Shown here one piece after another: positions 58,910-64,000 of a stretch of 64,000 nt of DNA; within the stretch, counting starts at the first letter, position 1, and the number at the start of each line of letters is the position of its first letter. A model generated the notes under the pieces. It was not told where the DNA came from and ran no database searches. It was given only the letters and a program-made list of their open reading frames with translations. The translations under genes and the position numbers were made by a program. Source of the stretch: a bacterium (lineage in GTDB: Bacteria; UBA8248); the NCBI GenBank assembly GCA_965261085.1, contig OZ253442.1, forward strand, positions 320,001 to 384,000. Reading direction: 5' to 3'.

Positions 58910-59127
58910 TTCCGACATCGCTACTCAAGATGCCTCACAGTTCAGTCCGGCAGGTTATCGCAGCAGTTAAAGTAGTACACGGACTTTTCGCGACGTACCG
59001 GGCCGAACGTCTTGCGGCACTCGTAGCTGCCCGACCCGATTCCAGGCGCCAATATCCGAAAACCCGCGGTCTGGCAGGGAGATAACCAGGATAGGCAGGC
59101 CACCGCAAATGCAGGAGGAGAGAGGAG

Positions 59128-59595
59128 ATGAAACCCGAAATAGCGCCCGAATTGCAAACCACCGACTGGCTCAACACCGACAACCCCATCACGCTTGAAG
59201 CGTTGCGCGGCAAAATCGTGCTGATTGAAGCCTTCCAGATGCTTTGCCCGGGATGTGTCTCCCGCGCCCTGCCGCAAGCGATGCGCGTGCGGCAGACATT
59301 CAGCCCCGACGAAGTCGCCGTAATCGGTTTGCATTCGGTGTTCGAGCACCATGCCGCGCAGGGCACTCGAGAGGCGCTGGCCGCATTCCTCCATGAATAC
59401 AGGATCGCGTTCCCGGTGGGTATCGATGCGCCATCGGATGGCGCGGGTCCACCGAAGACGATGACCCGCTATGCCATGCAAGGCACCCCGACCATGATCC
59501 TCATCGATCGGGAGGGACACCTGCGGAAGCAGAAGTTCGGCGGAGAGGAAGACCTCGCCCTCGGCGCCGAGATCATGTCGCTCCTGCGCGAATGA
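59128..59595 (+). CDS. Redoxin/TlpA-like thioredoxin-fold protein
   Basis: FQMLCPGC, GLHSVFEHH, GTPT.ILID. Confidence 0.88.
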   Translation: MKPEIAPELQTTDWLNTDNPITLEALRGKIVLIEAFQMLCPGCVSRALPQAMRVRQTFSPDEVAVIGLHSVFEHHAAQGTREALAAFLHEYRIAFPVGIDAPSDGAGPPKTMTRYAMQGTPTMILIDREGHLRKQKFGGEEDLALGAEIMSLLRE

Positions 59596-59704
59596 GCGGT
59601 CGTACCGCCGATCTGAAACCCGATACCGAGCAAGAGTTCCAAGTCAGGACATGAGTTGTTGTTGAATAAGCCGGCTCTGGGAGCGGGCTTATTTGACGCA
59701 GTTC

Positions 59705-59748
59705 CTCCTTTCTCGGTCGGAACTGACTCCTTTCTCAGTCGGAACTGA
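59705..59748. repeat. 22-bp tandem duplication
   Basis: CTCCTTTCTC(G/A)GTCGGAACTGA twice. Confidence 0.85.
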
Positions 59749-59778
59749 CCTCATTGGTCGCGTCAAATCCTCCCTCCT

Positions 59779-60072
59779 GGAGTTGTTGAAAAAGGCCCCC
59801 CAAAGGGGTTGACAACCTCCCCAATCGAGAGTGTTCACCGTCATTCCGGCGCATGCCGGAATGACGAACAAAACCTCACCGCCTCTTGCAGTGGGCCGTT
59901 TTTATGAACGGCCCAAGGTCGCGAAATGAGAGACGACCCTTGGAAATGTAGGGACAACCCCCTGTGGTTGTCCCTACTCAGGATAGGCACGGGAGCCTCG
60001 GACAGGCACGGGGGCCTGTCCCTACAAACCCTCTACTTGCAGGATTTCCATGCTGGGTTTTTCAACAACCTC
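59779..60072. mobile_element. MITE-like element with REP-like palindromes
   Basis: Termini GGAGTTGTTGAAAAA / TTTTTCAACAACCTC; internal CGTCATTCCGGC hairpin and a GTAGGGACA...TGTCCCTAC pair. Confidence 0.65.
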
Positions 60073-60242
60073 TCATTGGTCGGGTTTGGCCCTCGACGCG
60101 CTCCCGATCAAGGCCTTACGGAGCGGGCCATTTGCGGATGTGATAAGCTGGGCTTCTATATTTCCAGCCGGCTGGATTCGCCGTTGGCGCCCGGACAGCG
60201 AAACCCCTGGTCCACGCCGACGCGCTGTGGAGGCGAAAGTGC

Positions 60243-61892
60243 TTGCCTGAATTCGAGTATCTCTGGGATCTGGTAATCGTACTCGGGTCGGCGGTCGTGG
60301 TCGCAACGGTGCTGCGCCGCGTGGGTGTTCCGTCGATCGCCGGGTTTATCCTCGCGGGCGCCCTCGTAGGACCGACGGCATTGAGCCTCGTGGACGACTC
60401 CCATCAGGTCGAGGTGCTGGCCGAGATTGGCATCGTCCTCCTTCTGTTCGGGATCGGTCTTGAAGTCTCGCTCGGCCACCTGCGACGCCTTTGGAAAGCC
60501 ATCCTGTTGGGCGGGAGTATTCAGGTGGCAGCTACGGTCGCATGCACTGCTGCCGTGGCCGTCTGGTTCGGACTCGAAACGGGGCCCGCGGTATTTCTCG
60601 GCTGCGTCGTCGCCGTATCCAGTACCGCCATCGTTTTGCGAGGCCTGTCTACGCGGGGGGAATTGGATTCGCCGCACGGCCGACTGGCGGTCGGCATTCT
60701 TGTCTTCCAGGACTTGTGCGTGGTTCCAATGCTCCTGGCGGTGCCCATTCTGGCCGGACAACAGAGTTCCACACGAGAAATCGTAGTCGCGGCCATCATC
60801 GGTATTCTTATCCTCATGGGCGTGCTGGTTGCAGCCAGCCGCGTCGTCCCGTATCTACTCGCGTTCGTGGCCAAGACGAGGGAGAGGGAACTCTTCGTAC
60901 TGACCGTATTTCTCGGATGCTTCGGGATCGCTTGGGGCTTGTCGCTGGCAGGAATCTCGCTTGCGCTCGGGGCATTCCTGGCCGGCCTGATCGTCGCCGG
61001 AAGCGAGTTTCGTCACCAGGCGATGTCGGATTTGATTCCCGTGCGAGAAGTTTTCGCAAGCGTTTTTTTCGTTTCCGTGGGCATGCTGCTGGACGTTTCG
61101 GATGTGTTCGAGCATTTTGCACCGATTCTCGGGCTTCTCGGCCTCATCCTCGTCGGCAAATTCGCGATTATGCTCGCAATGGGGTTGATCCTGCGATTGC
61201 CGCTTCGCGTGGCTATCCTGTCGGCGGCCACATTGTGTCAGATCGGCGAGTTCTCCTTCGTACTACTGAATGCAGTTTCGGGAACCGGTCTCCTTGGTGA
61301 CGAGTTGTCCCACAATCTCCTGGTAGCGATCATCCTGTCCATGCTGTTCACACCGATGGTAATCGCATTCGGCCCTCATCTGGCTCTCGGTGCGGACCGC
61401 GTCCCATGGCTGAACCGGATACTGGGCGCCGAACCTCCCGGATTCGATGCTCATGAACCGCAAAGCAATCACATCATTGTTGCCGGCTACGGCCGGGCAG
61501 GCCGGGAAGTATGTCGGTCCGCTCGAACTGCGGGATTCGCTTGTATCGCGGTCGACGTGAACGTCGATAATGTTCGTGCCGCAAAAGCGGCAGGAGAACT
61601 GGCTGTTTATGGAGACGTCACGCAGATGGAAGTGCTGGAGGAGCTTGGTTGCAGGAATGCCCGTCTGGTGGTGGTGACCATAAACGACACGCGAGCCACA
61701 GAACTTGCGGTTCGCGCAATTCGCCGGACGGCTCCTGACGCTCCCATCATTGCGCGCGCCCTCTACGATATAGACGAGGATTCACTGAAGGTGGCCGGCG
61801 CCACGAGGGTCATCACGGCGGAAGCCACGACCAGCGCCGTGATCGTCAGTACATGTCTCACAGAACTGGGATCCCCAAAGACGGAAGCTTAG
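60243..61892 (+). CDS. Cation:proton antiporter (KefC/CPA2 with TrkA-N domain)
   Basis: EIGIVLLLFGIGLE, SSTAIV, FQDL, LGAFLAG, QIGEFSF, AGYGRAG. Confidence 0.92.
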   Translation: MPEFEYLWDLVIVLGSAVVVATVLRRVGVPSIAGFILAGALVGPTALSLVDDSHQVEVLAEIGIVLLLFGIGLEVSLGHLRRLWKAILLGGSIQVAATVACTAAVAVWFGLETGPAVFLGCVVAVSSTAIVLRGLSTRGELDSPHGRLAVGILVFQDLCVVPMLLAVPILAGQQSSTREIVVAAIIGILILMGVLVAASRVVPYLLAFVAKTRERELFVLTVFLGCFGIAWGLSLAGISLALGAFLAGLIVAGSEFRHQAMSDLIPVREVFASVFFVSVGMLLDVSDVFEHFAPILGLLGLILVGKFAIMLAMGLILRLPLRVAILSAATLCQIGEFSFVLLNAVSGTGLLGDELSHNLLVAIILSMLFTPMVIAFGPHLALGADRVPWLNRILGAEPPGFDAHEPQSNHIIVAGYGRAGREVCRSARTAGFACIAVDVNVDNVRAAKAAGELAVYGDVTQMEVLEELGCRNARLVVVTINDTRATELAVRAIRRTAPDAPIIARALYDIDEDSLKVAGATRVITAEATTSAVIVSTCLTELGSPKTEA

Positions 61893-62201
61893 GCTGGGAT
61901 ACCCAGCCGAGCCTTGACGGGAATCGGTATCGCTCCTGAATTCACCGTCGGAATTCACAAGCAACCACATACCCAATTATTCATAAGATCGCCTGCGCCA
62001 TCACGTCGACAGCAGGCTGGTCCTTAAAACATCACCATATGTAATGTCAGGAAATAGAGTCGAAAAATCTGCTTTTTTCAATGCATTGCAGCCTTGATTG
62101 GACATTCGGCAAATCCCCCCTCAATTGGCGGAAGAATCAGACGGCAGCGGATCCGGTCCGCCTGTATTCGGGAACCTGGATGGTCTCCATCAGAGGGGCG
62201 G

Positions 62202-62669
62202 CTAGGGACGAATTTGTAAGGTGAGAACGGTCTCCACCGGCGCGTCGTAGGTGAGCTCGTTGATGTTCAAGGCCGCGCGCGCGTGCTTTCCCCTCTCCTC
62301 GCCGAGCACCTCGACCAGAAGGTCGCTCTCCCCGTTCACCACCCAGGGCGCCTCCTGGAAGCCGGGCGCGCTGTTCACGTAGCCGATGAGGCGCACGGCC
62401 CGGACGATGCGGTCCAGGTCGCCCCCCAGGCACGATTTCGCCATGGCGAAGTGGTTGAGACCACACAGACGCGCCGACTGATAGCCCTCCTCGACGGTGA
62501 CCCCGCCGCCGAGTTTCCCCTGAATGGGGATCTCTCCGTTGTATTGGCCGATGGTGCCGGCGAGGAAAAGCACCTCGCCCACCGCCACGCCGGGGATGTA
62601 GTTCGCCACGGCGGTCGGGACTTCCGGAAGCTCGATCCCGAGCTCTTCCAGCCTCTTTTCAATATCCAT
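62202..62669 (-). CDS. RidA family protein
   Basis: EKRLEELGIELP, ANYIP, GYVNS, NGESD, GKHARAA. Confidence 0.9.
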   Translation of the reverse strand: MDIEKRLEELGIELPEVPTAVANYIPGVAVGEVLFLAGTIGQYNGEIPIQGKLGGGVTVEEGYQSARLCGLNHFAMAKSCLGGDLDRIVRAVRLIGYVNSAPGFQEAPWVVNGESDLLVEVLGEERGKHARAALNINELTYDAPVETVLTLQIRP

Positions 62670-62991
62670 TTCCGCGCTCCATGCCTGATGATGAAACGAT
62701 CCAAAGAGGCGAGCGTGCTCCTTCGCGCCCGCGGTTTCTCTGGGCGGGTTCGATGCTGTCCGGCCCTTTGATGAAGGCGATCCTGACGCCGGGGCGGCTC
62801 TCCCCGGACTCGCGCCAAGATGCCGGGACGATAGTAACACAACTTCGCTTCCCCACTGCTCCCCGAATTTTTTCGATGACGCTGCGTATCTGCGCGCCGG
62901 GGGTGGGAATCCACATGGATTTTTGTCCGGCTACAAGGCTCCCCGCCCTGAATCATTTCTGCGCCGGCGTATGGGGGGTAATCCTCGAATC

Positions 62992-63119
62992 CACTCCCCC
63001 CTTGAGGGTCGGTCTTTCCTCCTCGGGAAGACCGACGCAGAAGCCGAGCGTTTTGTGTGCGAAGGCTGATGCGGTGGGGGGTGAATTCCGACTGAAGAAG
63101 GAGGAATTCCTACGACCGA
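62992..63119. repeat. Partial second copy of the CACTCCCCCCTTGAGGG repeat element
   Basis: Shares its start and CGGTGGGGG..TTCCGACTGA..GAAG..ATTCCT.CGACCGA with 35057-35160. Confidence 0.75.
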
Positions 63120-63182
63120 AGAGGGAGAGTTTGCGAAAGCCCGGGAACGAGGAACATATCGTTTCGCAATTCCTCGCTCCTC

Positions 63183-63374
63183 GGGGCTGTTGAAAAAGTC
63201 CCCTTTTTAGAGAGTAGAGGGGACACCCCTTTCGACTGGTAAAAGCAACCCCCCTGTCCCCCCTTGTCAAGGGGGCTTTTCTTCCACCCCCTCGTCGGGG
63301 GGCATCGCCTTTACCCCCCTGACAAGGGGGGACAGGGGGGTTGCTCCCTTGACAAAGGCTTTTTCAACAACCCC
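63183..63374. mobile_element. MITE with TIRs and 5-bp target-site duplication
   Basis: 16/18 TIR GGGG(C/T)TGTTGAAAAAG(T/C)C; TCCTC on both flanks; internal perfect 26-bp inverted repeat. Confidence 0.85.
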
Positions 63375-63410
63375 TCCTCGCACGGAACTGACCTCCCCGG
63401 TCGGGGTTGA

Positions 63411-63770
63411 TTACTCGCTCAGGACCTTGTCGGCCCATTCCACGAGCGCCACCAGGTCCTGCGGCGTCACGAAGCGCGCGTTCTTGCCTTCCAGGTCATC
63501 CTCATAGACCGCACGGGCCCGCGCACACGCCGTTCATATATGGACGGGAATCTCAAACTTTACCGTCTGGGCCATCGTCTCTCTTAATGGCGGCCAGCCG
63601 ACGGGCGTCACCGCGTTCATCACCTCGTCTTTCATCAGGTTCACCGCCTCGCCGAGAAGAAACAGCCGCACCTCGTGGCCCGCCTCCGCAAAGGCGTTCG
63701 CGTGCAAAAAGGCGAACGACCCTTTCGTGGATTCATCCGAACCCCAGGGACTCTTGATGAGCACTTTCAT
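63411..63770 (-). CDS. DsrE-family selenoprotein (UxxC), 119 aa
   Basis: HEVRLFLLGEAV. Read-through of TGA 63534-63536 gives IPVHI-U-TACARARAV...QDLVALVEWADKVLSE, a complete DsrE C-terminus. Confidence 0.88.
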
Positions 63771-64000
63771 AAGGGTGATTCCTCCTGAAAACAAATGATG
63801 ACGATGTGAAAGGTCGGCGCAACGCGGCCAGTGTGAACATCGGGAGACACGATGCGTCATGGGCGAAGATAGCACCGCCGCGCGGGTCGCGCCAACGGGG
63901 TGGGGAGGGGGGGCCGAGGTTAAGTATCAAAACGCGCGGGGCGCATTAACTCGCATTTGCCGTCATCACAATATTTTTCGGATATTTCAAAATCCGCCGC

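Noticed and set aside
59128-59595. Redoxin as a fourth selenoprotein
   Set aside because: It has an ordinary CPGC motif, and its TGA falls at the natural end of the fold
59705-59748. Possible CRISPR repeats
   Set aside because: Only two abutting copies, with no spacers and no cas genes
1-64000. Global TGA reassignment (genetic code 4 or 25)
   Set aside because: Many genes end at TGA at their expected length; read-through cases occur only in CxxC-type motifs

Overview
GC-rich (roughly 60-65% by eye) bacterial chromosomal window with about 60 protein genes. No rRNA, tRNA or CRISPR array was recognised. Core and metabolic content: scpA/scpB, rluB, a panE-like reductase, bioF, crcB, a PduO-type adenosyltransferase, two class I CoA-transferase pairs, tandem amidohydrolases, a Co-type nitrile/thiocyanate-hydrolase-like pair, a futalosine menaquinone cluster (mqnE-mqnA...mqnC-deaminase) interrupted by an amidase, a hydrolase and a CyaC-like heme/2Fe-2S cyclase, and a TRAP transporter. 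Three genes that the ORF track truncates or misses have in-frame TGA codons inside redox motifs and are best read as selenoproteins: a PrdB/GrdB-like protein (UxxC), an AhpD/CMD-like protein (CxxU) and a DsrE-like protein (UxxC). Accessory DNA includes an AT-rich three-gene operon with a 271-nt gene overlap (candidate toxin-antitoxin-chaperone or anti-phage system) behind a probable phage scaffold remnant. It also includes a Panacea TA pair, a GIY-YIG-like plus YaaA/DUF6884-like pair with an A-AAA-AAG frameshift, a NotI-family R-M locus, HigBA, and a Y-family polymerase with a Zn-ribbon partner. Three MITE-like elements share termini but carry different REP-like palindromes. Several apparent single-base deletions in homopolymers may be assembly errors. 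All family calls come from motif recognition by eye; no searches were run.
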